Source: an uncultured Bacillota bacterium (GTDB taxonomy: Bacteria > Bacillota_I > Bacilli_A > RFN20 > CAG-826). Taken from it: a DNA stretch of 64,000 nucleotides. Positions within the stretch are counted from its first letter, which is position 1, and each line of letters starts with the position of its first letter. The notes beneath the pieces were generated by a model. That model made no database searches. It saw nothing but the letters and a program-made list of their open reading frames with translations, and had not been told where the DNA came from. Shown here in pieces: positions 45,086 through 54,758 of the stretch. The DNA lies in the NCBI GenBank assembly GCA_949299565.1, contig OX437086.1:949644-1013643 (forward strand), given 5' to 3'. Position numbers and translations under genes: made by a program.

Positions 45086-46519
45086 CTATGACTTAATCAC
45101 TTGCTTGTCAAGAGAATCTCCGTGAGAAGAAGGAGTGTCGGCTGTCTCTTTTGCCTCTGTTTTCTCAAGACGATTATTGGAATCGTCACCATTTTTATTT
45201 TTGAGAAGAAGTTTTAAGAAAATCGGGGTAAGGAAAGAAGTTAAAAGAATCAAGATCAGCGTAAACGGCATAATGGAAGAACTGACTAACCGCGCATCAA
45301 TGCCTGTTTGAGCTGTTACAATCAAGACTTCGGCACGCGCCATCATTCCAACGCCGATAGCCCCCGACTCCCGCAAATTAAATTTTGAGAGTAAACCACC
45401 GGCACCGGCGCCAATCACTTTTCCTAAAGCTCCGACAAGTACCCAAACTAAGCCAAAAAGCAAGAATGTTATGTCGCTGAAATCAAATGTCGCGTCATAC
45501 ATTTTAAGCGCCACCGAAGCAAAGAAAATCGGAATGAAAAAGACGTTTGCCGTCGTTTCAGTGCGGTGATCGATATAACCTTTCGGTTGAGTTGAGCTGA
45601 GAATTAACCCCGCGATGTAAGCGCCGGTAATATCCGCGATTTGGAAAAATCCTTGCGCTAAATAAGCCCATAAAAAACAGAAGGCAAAACCAAAAATCGG
45701 AATCCTGATATGATGCGGGAACTTACGTCCGAGCCAATTGAAGATCGGACGCACCAAGAAGCCGGCGCCAATTGATAAACCGAAGAAAAGCGCCATATTG
45801 CAAATAATCACGATAACTTCCGTCGTCGCATTTAAACTGCCGCCGCAGGATGTGATAATCCAGGCTAATAAATTGAAATCGCTCGAACCGCCGCTTGAAC
45901 CAGAAAGAGAAATAACGAGAGATAAAGTAATGATACCGATGATGTCATCGATAATGGCCGCGCTGACAATCGCGTTGCCGACTTTGCTTTCTAATTTTCC
46001 CAGTTCTTTTAAAGTCGCAACCGTAATCGAGACGCTAGTAGCCGTCAAAATAACGCCATAATAAATGTCGCTATAAATCGGATTGACGCCAGGCTCAAGG
46101 AAACTAGCCTCCATTCCGGCATACTCGCGGAAAAGGAAGGCAACAACAAAGCCTAAGGCTAAAGGCACGGCTACCCCTAAAGTCGTAATAATTCCGGCTG
46201 CCTTTCCAACCGATTTAACAGCTTTTAAATCTGTTTCGATTCCGGCTGAAAACAAGATCAAGACAACACCGATTTTTGCGAGAATGTCGATGCCATTCAT
46301 CGTATAATCAGTGATTATCGTCTCGCCCGGAATAAAGGTTATGAGGCCAACAAGTAGCCCCGCAACCAAAAAACCGATAACTTGAGGGACTTTTATTTTT
46401 TGAAAAAGCAACGCGAAAACTTTCGCAGCAATCAAAATCAAGGCTATCGGCAAAAGAACCATGAAAGGAGAACCATCACTAACTTCCCCGTTCAACATAA
46501 AGGCACCTAACTCAGGCAT
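45086..46519 (-). CDS. CPA2-family cation:proton antiporter
   Basis: ATSVSIT, IIDDIIG and GMMARAEV motifs; about 13 TM segments; no RCK domain. Confidence 0.9.
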   Translation of the reverse strand: MPELGAFMLNGEVSDGSPFMVLLPIALILIAAKVFALLFQKIKVPQVIGFLVAGLLVGLITFIPGETIITDYTMNGIDILAKIGVVLILFSAGIETDLKAVKSVGKAAGIITTLGVAVPLALGFVVAFLFREYAGMEASFLEPGVNPIYSDIYYGVILTATSVSITVATLKELGKLESKVGNAIVSAAIIDDIIGIITLSLVISLSGSSGGSSDFNLLAWIITSCGGSLNATTEVIVIICNMALFFGLSIGAGFLVRPIFNWLGRKFPHHIRIPIFGFAFCFLWAYLAQGFFQIADITGAYIAGLILSSTQPKGYIDHRTETTANVFFIPIFFASVALKMYDATFDFSDITFLLFGLVWVLVGALGKVIGAGAGGLLSKFNLRESGAIGVGMMARAEVLIVTAQTGIDARLVSSSIMPFTLILILLTSFLTPIFLKLLLKNKNGDDSNNRLEKTEAKETADTPSSHGDSLDKQVIKS

Positions 46520-46618
46520 AGAAAATCCTCCGGCGAGATTATAGTCTCCTTAAAAAGAAAAGGTGATAGAACTTTCACGATTTTTTGTAACGCTGTAAGA
46601 TTTAAATGAGGTGGATTT

Positions 46619-46957
46619 ATGAAAACGATTCTTTTTGCTGTTCTCGACCGTGGAGAAAAAACCGATCTTCTTTACCAAGCAATAATCAAGGAAGGTTTCA
46701 ATGGCACGATGATTAAAACACAAGGCCTCCGCCATATCCTTGAACGGCAAATCTATGAAAAACCCGCCGTGCTCTCACTTTCACAAATCGCTGAAAACAC
46801 TCATGAATCAGGTCAAAACTCGACGATGTTTTTTATCGTTGAAGCGCGCGATTTATTGCGTCTAGAAGATCTTATTCGTCAACACACCGGCGACTTCAAA
46901 GACATTCATGGCTGTATGTTCGTTCTACCGATTCAAGACTTTGAAGGAAGTTTTTAA
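46619..46957 (+). CDS. PII-like small protein
   Basis: 112 aa with the ferredoxin-like PII pattern G.T.I.T.G...N.T.F.IV...G.MFVLP; SD GAGGTGG. Confidence 0.7.
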   Translation: MKTILFAVLDRGEKTDLLYQAIIKEGFNGTMIKTQGLRHILERQIYEKPAVLSLSQIAENTHESGQNSTMFFIVEARDLLRLEDLIRQHTGDFKDIHGCMFVLPIQDFEGSF

Positions 46958-46958
46958 T

Positions 46959-47516
46959 TTATTCTTCTGACCAAGTTTTTAAAAGTTCGTCAACAGTGTA
47001 AACGCTGGCACCATAGACGCTTTTAAGATAGGAAATGCCGCTTTTATAATCCTCTTCAGTAAAGGAATCGGTGGCGTCAGAAGCAACGACAACTTCATAA
47101 CCGAGGCAATAAGCATCCGCGGATGTATGACGAACGCACATATGCGTGTGCAATCCCGTCATCACAACTGTCTCAATTCCAAGTTCATGCAATAAAAGAT
47201 CTAAATCCGTATGGAAAAAACCGCTATAACGACGTTTCGGCACTACATAATCAGTCGGAGAGAGTTCTAATTCCGGAATCACCTGCGCACCGAAAGTTCC
47301 AGCAATCGCGTGATCGCCCCATAATTTAAGTTCGTGATCGATTCCTTTAATATGCGCATCATTACAGAAAATAACGGGTATCCCTAATTTACGTGCTCCC
47401 TTTAAAAGGCGAGCGGTTGCAGGCACAATCGCCAGTCCTCGGTCGCATTTTAAGGCTCCTGTCACAAAGTCGTTCAGCATGTCAACGACGAGAATTGCTG
47501 TCGTTTTTTTCTTCAT
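46959..47516 (-). CDS. Isochorismatase-family cysteine hydrolase (nicotinamidase-like)
   Basis: VDMLNDF, DAH, WGDH, KRRYSGF and THMCV motifs. Confidence 0.88.
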   Translation of the reverse strand: MKKKTTAILVVDMLNDFVTGALKCDRGLAIVPATARLLKGARKLGIPVIFCNDAHIKGIDHELKLWGDHAIAGTFGAQVIPELELSPTDYVVPKRRYSGFFHTDLDLLLHELGIETVVMTGLHTHMCVRHTSADAYCLGYEVVVASDATDSFTEEDYKSGISYLKSVYGASVYTVDELLKTWSEE

Positions 47517-47538
47517 TTTTCGCTCCTCTTTTTATTTC

Positions 47539-47615
47539 TGGCGCGCCAGAGCCGACTCGAACGGCTGACCCCTTCCTTAGGAGGGAAGTGCTCTATCCAA
47601 CTGAGCTACTGGCGC
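47539..47615 (-). tRNA. tRNA-Arg(CCT)
   Basis: GCGCCAGTAGCTCAGTTGGATAGAGCACTTCC-CTCCTAA-GGAAG...GCCA. Confidence 0.93.
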
Positions 47616-47752
47616 TGCGAAGAAAAAATACACTTTTTATAAGCGTTTGCCTAGTGTTCTTCAAAAAGTAAAGAAATTATAGGAAACATATGTAAAGGCA
47701 TTTCGCACATTTATAAAGAAAAAACCTCGACCAAGTCGAGGATCATTGCTAT

Positions 47753-47829
47753 TGGTCGGAACGACGGGATTCGAACCCGTGACCTCCTGGTCCCGAACCA
47801 GGCGCACTACCAAGCTGTGCTACGTCCCG
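47753..47829 (-). tRNA. tRNA-Pro(CGG)
   Basis: CGGGACG...CCTGG-TTCGGGA-CCAGG...ACCA; followed by a CCTCGAC/GTCGAGG terminator. Confidence 0.93.
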
Positions 47830-47859
47830 AAACACCTAGCGTGCTAAAGGATACCCTTT

Positions 47860-50800
47860 CTAAGAGAGAAATTCAAATAGAGACATTTGATTTGACTCTC
47901 CTAAACCATCTAAAGCACCGATAGAGGAAAGCGATTCGATGTCTGAAGTCGTTAGCTGCGTCCGTTCATGCAAATCTTCTTTCGAAAGAAATTTCCCGTC
48001 TTTTCTAGCTTCCACAACCGTTTCAGCCGCTTGTAAACCCAGACCCGATAAAACTGTGAAAGGAGGAACAATCGCATTCTTTTCTAAATCGACGCTCCAA
48101 GTACCCGCTAACGATTTTTCTAAAGATATGTTTTCGATGTTGTATCCGCGATCCACCATTTCAAGCGCAGCGATAAGACCTTTTAAAATTTCCTCATCTT
48201 TATCCTTGAAATCATCACGTTTATCGCGTTTTTCATTCAAAGTAACGATTCCTTTAAGAATTTTGTCGTAACCACCGGACATCGTTAAAATATCGAATTT
48301 GTCGCAACGCGTCGAAAAGTACGTCGCATAGAAATCTAAAGGATGATAGAGCTTAAACCACGCAACACGCACTGCTCCAATAACGTAGGCAGTCGCATGT
48401 GCCCGTGGGAAAAGATAATGAATATGATTGCACGAACGAATATACCATTCCGGAACATGGTGCTGTCGCATCAACTTTTCTTGTTCGGGCTTTAAACCTT
48501 TACCGTGTCGAACGTCTTCCATGATTTGGAATGCACTTGAAGAAGGTACCCCCATCGGAATCAAATAATTCATGATATCGTCACGACAACCAATGACATC
48601 TGACAACGAACATGTCTTTTGACGCAATAAATCTTGGGCGTTATTTTGCCAAACTTCAGTACCATGAGAAAGTCCGGAAATGACGAGAAGGTCATTGAAA
48701 CTTTTCGGCGAGGCTTCTTCCAAAATCCCTTGAACAAAAGATGTGCCGAATTCCGGCAAAGCAATCGAGCCAGTCTTAAAATTTAAAGGATTCTTCTTGA
48801 GTTTAAGCTCATCAGCCGAAGAGAAAAGCGAAAGCACGCGCGGGTCATTTAAAGGAATATCTTCCAAGGCAACGTGCGTGGATAACGACATCATGCGAAG
48901 CGCCATCGGATCAAGGTGTCCCAACAAGTCCAGCTTTAAAACAGAGTCATGCATGCTCGCAAATTCGTAATGGGTTGTAAGCCAATCAGCGTCTGGATCA
49001 TCAGCAGGATGCTGATAAGGCGTGAAATCAAAAATTTCCATATTCGAAGGAATGACAACGATGCCACCGGGGTGCTGCCCGGTCGTCCGTTTCACTCCAA
49101 CGCAGCGCTTCGCTAAAGAGGAGATGTAAGCGCGCTCATCCGGATTTGACCAATCACGCTTTAAAACCCGCTCAAAATAACCGCGAACATAACCGATCGC
49201 GTTCTTTTCTTCAGCTGTAGCAATCGTCCCCGCTCTAATGACGTGGGGAGAATCTAAGAATTCGCCGCGAGCGATCTTTTCGTTTTCTTCTTTGCTTGAC
49301 AAAAGTTCACGAGCATAAGCATGCGCGCGACTTTGATAATCCTTAGGGAAATTTAAATCGATGTCAGGCACCTTTTCGGCATTGAAGCCGAGGAAGGTTT
49401 CAAAAGGAATATCCTGCCCGTCGCCTTCCATCATCGTTCCGCAGACAGGACATTTTTTAGGTGCTAAATCAAAGCCTGAACGAATATGTTCATCGTTGCT
49501 CCATTCTAAATGATGACAATGCGGGCAAAGATAATGAGGCGGTAATGGATTGACCTCGGTAATGCCTGCCATCGTCGCGGCAAAAGAAGAGCCAACCGAA
49601 CCCCGTGAGCCAACTACATAACCATCTTCATGAGCCTTTTTAACGATTAAATGCGCAATGTAATAAGTGACAGAATAACCATTGGAAATGATACCGTTCA
49701 ACTCTTTTTCAAGACGTTCGACAATTAAAGGATCAGGATTCTCACCATATTTTTTATGGAGGTTTTCCTCGCAAATCTCCCTTATTTTCTCTTCGCTTCC
49801 CGGCAAATTCGCGGTCGGCGGATATAACTTATCCTTTAAAATTTTTAGAGGCTCACATTGATCAGCAATCAAGTTGGAGTTGGTGATAACCATCTGATAG
49901 GCTTTTTCTTCCGGCAGCCATTCCTTAAATGATTCCAGCATTTCTTCAGTTGAACGGAAATGCTGATCTGGATTTTCGAAAGCCGGCAAGCGTTCACGAA
50001 TTCGAGGGTTTAAAGGATGTAATGTATTCCCTAGTCCCTTAGCGGAAATATAGATATCCCGCGTGATTTTATCTTCGGGATTCACATAATGCGCATCGCC
50101 TGTCGCGACTAACGTTTTCCCGAGTTTTTCGCTTTCATCAACGATTGCTTGTAACGTTAAATTCAAGCGTTCTTCCGTATAGGCTTCAGTGTTGACGAGG
50201 AACGAATAATTCTCGCGCGGTTGTAATTCGATGTAATCATAGAATTTAATTTTTTCGTCGAGAAATTCTGCCTCACGATGACCGGCAGCTTCAAAAACAT
50301 CTCCGTTGAAACAAGCCGAGCCAAGAAGAAGATTAGCTCTTTCCTTGTTTAAATCCGCGCGAGGAATTCGAGGAGAAGTATCGCGCGCTAAATATTTGAC
50401 GTGAGAGTCAGAAACCAAACGATAAAGAGCCTTAAGTCCTTCTTGGTTTTTTGCAAGAGCAATCACATGATATGAACGCAAGTGTCTAAACATCAACGGA
50501 TTGTTGGACTTTAGTTTTCCAAGTTCAGCATGCGTCAAATCGTAATTGTCTTTAAGTAAGCGCGGCAAAATAGCCTGCCAAACATCATTTAAGACTTCAG
50601 CGTCATAATCAGCGCGGTGCGCCTCATCCTCATCATAAATATGAAGATTCAAATTCTTCGATAAACTGCCCAAGCGATGGGAAGCGGCTTCCGGGAACAG
50701 ATAGTGAGACAAAGCCAAGGTATCGATGACCGGATTTTTTAAAGCCGGCTTGCCGTTTGCCTTCCTTAACTGATTTAAAAAGCCAACATCGAACGGAGCG

Positions 50801-52257
50801 TTATGAGAAACGATAATCGCGTCCCCGACAAAATCAGAAATAATTTTCTCAGCCTCTTTTAAAGACGGAGCGTTCATAACCATTTCATTGGTGATTCTTG
50901 TTTTTTTAACAATGAAATCCGGAATTTTAATGCCTGGATTAATAAATTGATCCAAGCGATCAATAATCGTCCCGTTTTCAACAATGACTCCCCCGAATTC
51001 AGTCGGCCGATCAAAACGCGTGCTGAGACCCGTTGTTTCAAAGTCGAGCAAACAATAACGGGCCTTGTTCAAGGCGATTGTGGCGGGATTCATAATGTAC
51101 TCTGGGTCATCAAAAACGTTGAATTCACAGCCATAAATTATTTTGATTCCCGTTTTCTTTGAAGCATTTTCAGCAGCGGGGAAACTTTGAATAACGCCAT
51201 GGTCAGTAACCGCCAAGGCTTTCATTCCCATATTTTTGGCAACCTTGCAATAATCAAGAATCTCGCCAAGACCATCCATCGCCGACATCTTCGTGTGAAG
51301 ATGGAGTTCTATCCGTTTTTCAGGAGCGTGGTCCTCTCTTAAAGGAAGCGGAGCCAATTTCTCCAAATTGTCCGCCCTAACTTGCCGTTCATTGGTTCGA
51401 CTGTCAAATTCGAGACTTCCGGTCACCCGGACACGATCTTTTTCACTGAAGGATTTGAGTAAATCAGTAGTTAAAGTCTCATTTTCATAGACGCGTACAT
51501 AAATAGCGCTTCCGCCATCCATGACGCCGAAAGTACCCATCAATTTCCCTTTGCGCGACATTCTCAAATCAACTGAAAAAATCGTGCCGGCAAACGAAAA
51601 ATGGCCGCTGGATAAAGAGAAAATCTCGCGAATTGAATGAATCGTGACTGAGGGACCGCTATTGCGGCGAGAACGTCTGGCGTTCTTTCTTTCTTCGCTT
51701 ATTGCCTCAATGTGTTGCGCTACAGCTTCTTTAATCGCCATTTCCATCACTGAATCTTCTTCGCTTATTTCCTCATTTTTTTCGCTCTTCTCTTCAACTT
51801 TCGGTCTTTCTATTACTTCCTGAAATTCACCTTCTTCTAAAGTGAAAGAATAAGAAATATACTGCAAAAGCCCATTAAAATCATTGAAAATTGAACTAAA
51901 ACCATCCTTCTCTCTTTTTAATGGAGAAACAAGAATTCGATCGTTTCCTAAATCGGTTAAGGAGCAAATGCCTTTTGCATGATGATATATCTCATATTCA
52001 TTGAATAAAGTTTTTAAATCATCAAATGTCGGCTTTTCAACATAGGAAAAACGGATGCTCGCTTCATAATCTAAACGGCCGACTGCCTCAATAAAACGAA
52101 AAAGAGAAGAGGCTTCCCATGGCTTCTCTTTACGAATTGACATGATAACGTTGTTATGGTTGCGAGGGTCGCGTCCAACCATTTGAAACTCCATCATAAA
52201 ATCCGGAGTCGGATCAAGCCCCAGTGAGACTAAAAACCGTCGCATTTTTTCTTGCAT
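47860..52257 (-). CDS. polC: DNA polymerase III PolC
   Basis: PHP ELHLHTKMS, exonuclease DFETTG, GSRGSVGSS, VPDIDLNF and zinc finger. Confidence 0.97.
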   Translation of the reverse strand: MQEKMRRFLVSLGLDPTPDFMMEFQMVGRDPRNHNNVIMSIRKEKPWEASSLFRFIEAVGRLDYEASIRFSYVEKPTFDDLKTLFNEYEIYHHAKGICSLTDLGNDRILVSPLKREKDGFSSIFNDFNGLLQYISYSFTLEEGEFQEVIERPKVEEKSEKNEEISEEDSVMEMAIKEAVAQHIEAISEERKNARRSRRNSGPSVTIHSIREIFSLSSGHFSFAGTIFSVDLRMSRKGKLMGTFGVMDGGSAIYVRVYENETLTTDLLKSFSEKDRVRVTGSLEFDSRTNERQVRADNLEKLAPLPLREDHAPEKRIELHLHTKMSAMDGLGEILDYCKVAKNMGMKALAVTDHGVIQSFPAAENASKKTGIKIIYGCEFNVFDDPEYIMNPATIALNKARYCLLDFETTGLSTRFDRPTEFGGVIVENGTIIDRLDQFINPGIKIPDFIVKKTRITNEMVMNAPSLKEAEKIISDFVGDAIIVSHNAPFDVGFLNQLRKANGKPALKNPVIDTLALSHYLFPEAASHRLGSLSKNLNLHIYDEDEAHRADYDAEVLNDVWQAILPRLLKDNYDLTHAELGKLKSNNPLMFRHLRSYHVIALAKNQEGLKALYRLVSDSHVKYLARDTSPRIPRADLNKERANLLLGSACFNGDVFEAAGHREAEFLDEKIKFYDYIELQPRENYSFLVNTEAYTEERLNLTLQAIVDESEKLGKTLVATGDAHYVNPEDKITRDIYISAKGLGNTLHPLNPRIRERLPAFENPDQHFRSTEEMLESFKEWLPEEKAYQMVITNSNLIADQCEPLKILKDKLYPPTANLPGSEEKIREICEENLHKKYGENPDPLIVERLEKELNGIISNGYSVTYYIAHLIVKKAHEDGYVVGSRGSVGSSFAATMAGITEVNPLPPHYLCPHCHHLEWSNDEHIRSGFDLAPKKCPVCGTMMEGDGQDIPFETFLGFNAEKVPDIDLNFPKDYQSRAHAYARELLSSKEENEKIARGEFLDSPHVIRAGTIATAEEKNAIGYVRGYFERVLKRDWSNPDERAYISSLAKRCVGVKRTTGQHPGGIVVIPSNMEIFDFTPYQHPADDPDADWLTTHYEFASMHDSVLKLDLLGHLDPMALRMMSLSTHVALEDIPLNDPRVLSLFSSADELKLKKNPLNFKTGSIALPEFGTSFVQGILEEASPKSFNDLLVISGLSHGTEVWQNNAQDLLRQKTCSLSDVIGCRDDIMNYLIPMGVPSSSAFQIMEDVRHGKGLKPEQEKLMRQHHVPEWYIRSCNHIHYLFPRAHATAYVIGAVRVAWFKLYHPLDFYATYFSTRCDKFDILTMSGGYDKILKGIVTLNEKRDKRDDFKDKDEEILKGLIAALEMVDRGYNIENISLEKSLAGTWSVDLEKNAIVPPFTVLSGLGLQAAETVVEARKDGKFLSKEDLHERTQLTTSDIESLSSIGALDGLGESNQMSLFEFLS

Positions 52258-52258
52258 A

Positions 52259-53608
52259 TCAGCCAATCAGCCCCCAAATATCTTTGAAAACCAAGCCAAC
52301 CATCAATAAAAGCAAAAGTCCGAAACCGATTAGCGTCAAAACGTTTTTAACCTTGTCGGGAATTTTGCGCTTGAAGACTTTTTCAACAAAAGTCACCAAT
52401 AACTGCCAACCATCTAAGCCAGGAATCGGTAGCAAATTGAAAATTGCTAAGTTCAAAGAAATGTATCCGCCATACATGAAGAATGTCCGTCCCCAGCCAA
52501 TAAGAGCGGAACTTTGAGAGAGGACGCCGCCCATTGCAACAACAGAGCCGAGTTGTGAAAAATTGAAGGTAAAAATAGATGCGAGACCAAGCCCAATCAT
52601 TTCAAAGAAATAGACAAAATAAGAACAACCGTTCGCCAAACGTTCAGTAAAGGAAGGCCAAAATTCTAGAGTCGTGATTGTCGGCGAATTGTTGCTAGGT
52701 AAATAGCCCTCAAAATTCGCCCCTTGAACCTCTAGACTTATTACTTCCGAGCTGCGGTTCATGATTTGTTCAGAAGTCGGACGCCCGTCACGGCTATCGC
52801 CATGAACAATCTCAAGACTCAAAGTCACAGTGTCGCCGGGTTCAAGAGCAATCGGACGTGAAAAATCCGCTTTGGCGGTAATTCCTAAGGCTAAATCATC
52901 ACTATCAGCGTAAAAGCCTGACAAAGGCTCATAAAATTCAAGTGATGAATAAAGAGGATTTGAGGAAATGTTGCTATAAACATAAACAGCAACCGCTTCA
53001 GTGACTTCACCGTCATTTTCAATCAAAGCATTTGTATCGACAGTAAATCCGCGTTGATTGAGATTTTCGTCAGTTGCGATTTCTGGCGAATATAAGCGAT
53101 CTTTATCGCTGTCGAATTCATAAATAAGTTCACCATCATCGGTAGAAAGGCTCCCCTCAACCCATAAGCCGTAAGATTGAAGAGTCGTTCCGTTATGCTC
53201 AATCAAAAGAGCTTGGCTTTGATAATAGGAAGGAAAACAAAGCGCATATATGAAGGTGAAAAGAAGGGCTAAAAAGAGATTGACGGCCACGCCCGCCACC
53301 ATCACGAGCGCTCGTTTCCATGGTTTGACTCCCTCCAAGGAACGAGAACGCGGGACCTTTTTCCCGAAAGGCAGTTCCACGCCTTCTTCATAGATGCTGA
53401 CGAAACCGCCAAGAGGAATGAGGCGCAAAGAATATCTTGTCTCGCCATTCTTCCGCTTGAAAGAGAAGATTCGCGGACCAAAACCAATCGAATATTCAAG
53501 GCAATAGATATTAAAACCCTTGGCCATCCAAAGGTGACCAAGTTCGTGGGAAGCGATAAGAATTCCCAACATGACAACTAAAACGAGAATGGTTATAAAA
53601 ATCTGCAT
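52259..53608 (-). CDS. rseP: RseP/RasP site-2 protease
   Basis: HELGH, PLGGFV and NLLPIPGLDG motifs; conserved position after dxr. Confidence 0.9.
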   Translation of the reverse strand: MQIFITILVLVVMLGILIASHELGHLWMAKGFNIYCLEYSIGFGPRIFSFKRKNGETRYSLRLIPLGGFVSIYEEGVELPFGKKVPRSRSLEGVKPWKRALVMVAGVAVNLFLALLFTFIYALCFPSYYQSQALLIEHNGTTLQSYGLWVEGSLSTDDGELIYEFDSDKDRLYSPEIATDENLNQRGFTVDTNALIENDGEVTEAVAVYVYSNISSNPLYSSLEFYEPLSGFYADSDDLALGITAKADFSRPIALEPGDTVTLSLEIVHGDSRDGRPTSEQIMNRSSEVISLEVQGANFEGYLPSNNSPTITTLEFWPSFTERLANGCSYFVYFFEMIGLGLASIFTFNFSQLGSVVAMGGVLSQSSALIGWGRTFFMYGGYISLNLAIFNLLPIPGLDGWQLLVTFVEKVFKRKIPDKVKNVLTLIGFGLLLLLMVGLVFKDIWGLIG

Positions 53609-53612
53609 GGTT

Positions 53613-54758
53613 TTATTTACCGAGAATTTCGTGGAGACGCTTACGAGCCCAAGCATCCGCTTGCTGGATTTCCGTCAACCCGGGCTTGATTATAGATGGT
53701 GCTTCCTTAAGAAGACAAGAGATGCTCTCAGCAATCTCTAAAAAAGAAATTTTCTCATCGACAAAAAGTTGAACTGCCTCTTCATCTGCTGCGTTGAAAA
53801 TGGCGGGATATACGCCTCCCTTTTTAAAAGCAGCAAGAGCAAGAGAAAAAGCGGGATAACGCGCCAAATCAAGTTGCTGAAAGTGATAATCTCCAAAATC
53901 ATGAAAGTCTTTGGCTTCTTGAATTTCAAAAGGAATTTTTCTTTTGTGCAAAGCATAACTTATAGGGCCGCGCATATCATTAATCCCGATGTCCGCCAAA
54001 AAAGTTCCATCCTCCACTTCCACCATTGAATGAATGCGACTCTCATAGTGAATTAGAACGTCAATTTGTTCTAAAGGATAAGAAAAAAGCCAAAAAGCTT
54101 CCCCGACTTCAAAGCCTTTGTTGACCATTGTCGCACAGTCAATCGTGATGCGCTTCCCCATTTTCCAAGTGGGGTGCTTAAGAGCTTCTTCAGCCTTGAT
54201 GGTTTTAAAAGTATCTAGAGGACGCGAACGAAAAGGACCGCCAGAGGCTGTTAAAATTAAACGCTTAACTTTCCGTCCGTTAAGACGTTGAAGGCATTTA
54301 TCAATCGCAACATGCTCAGAATCGATAGGAAATAGTTGCCCGCCATCTTTTAGGAGTCTATTTATAAGCGCACCGCCAACATAAAGCGATTCTTTGTTAG
54401 CTAAATATAAATTGGCTTTTCGCTCTAAAATGCGGAGCGAAGGTTCTAAGCCTTTAATGCCAACCAAGGCATTGACGGCTCCGTCAAAGTCGCTTTCTTC
54501 AATAAGCGATAAAACGCCACTCTCCCCGCTATAAATTTTTAAAGATGGATAACGCTTCTGGTAAAAAGAAGCCTGTTTCGCATCAGCGATTGAAACTCTG
54601 GAAATGGTTGGAAAACGTCTCAAATAATCTTCAAGCGCAATTCTGCGGTAACCAAAAGCCAATCCGACAACCGCAAATTGCTCTTTTTCATTTTCTAGAA
54701 GTTCGAGAGACTGGGTTCCGATACTTCCGCTGGCGCCTAAAACAAGAATTTTTTCCAT
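53613..54758 (-). CDS. dxr: 1-deoxy-D-xylulose-5-phosphate reductoisomerase
   Basis: Real start MEKILVLGASGSIG; LANKES, PIDSEH and HPTWKMG motifs. Confidence 0.95.
   Translation of the reverse strand: MEKILVLGASGSIGTQSLELLENEKEQFAVVGLAFGYRRIALEDYLRRFPTISRVSIADAKQASFYQKRYPSLKIYSGESGVLSLIEESDFDGAVNALVGIKGLEPSLRILERKANLYLANKESLYVGGALINRLLKDGGQLFPIDSEHVAIDKCLQRLNGRKVKRLILTASGGPFRSRPLDTFKTIKAEEALKHPTWKMGKRITIDCATMVNKGFEVGEAFWLFSYPLEQIDVLIHYESRIHSMVEVEDGTFLADIGINDMRGPISYALHKRKIPFEIQEAKDFHDFGDYHFQQLDLARYPAFSLALAAFKKGGVYPAIFNAADEEAVQLFVDEKISFLEIAESISCLLKEAPSIIKPGLTEIQQADAWARKRLHEILGK

Noticed and set aside
47393-47671. ORF containing GAPEPTRTADPFLRREVLYPTEL
   Set aside because: Antisense translation of the tRNA-Arg(CCT) gene.
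47675-47700. dif-like words TTATAGGAA and TATGTAAA
   Set aside because: The arms are in the wrong relative orientation and spacing for a Firmicute dif site, and gene strand bias does not switch here. More likely a TATAAT promoter element.
47860-52257. Intein or intron in polC
   Set aside because: Length and motif order are normal for PolC; no splice-junction or homing-endonuclease motifs.
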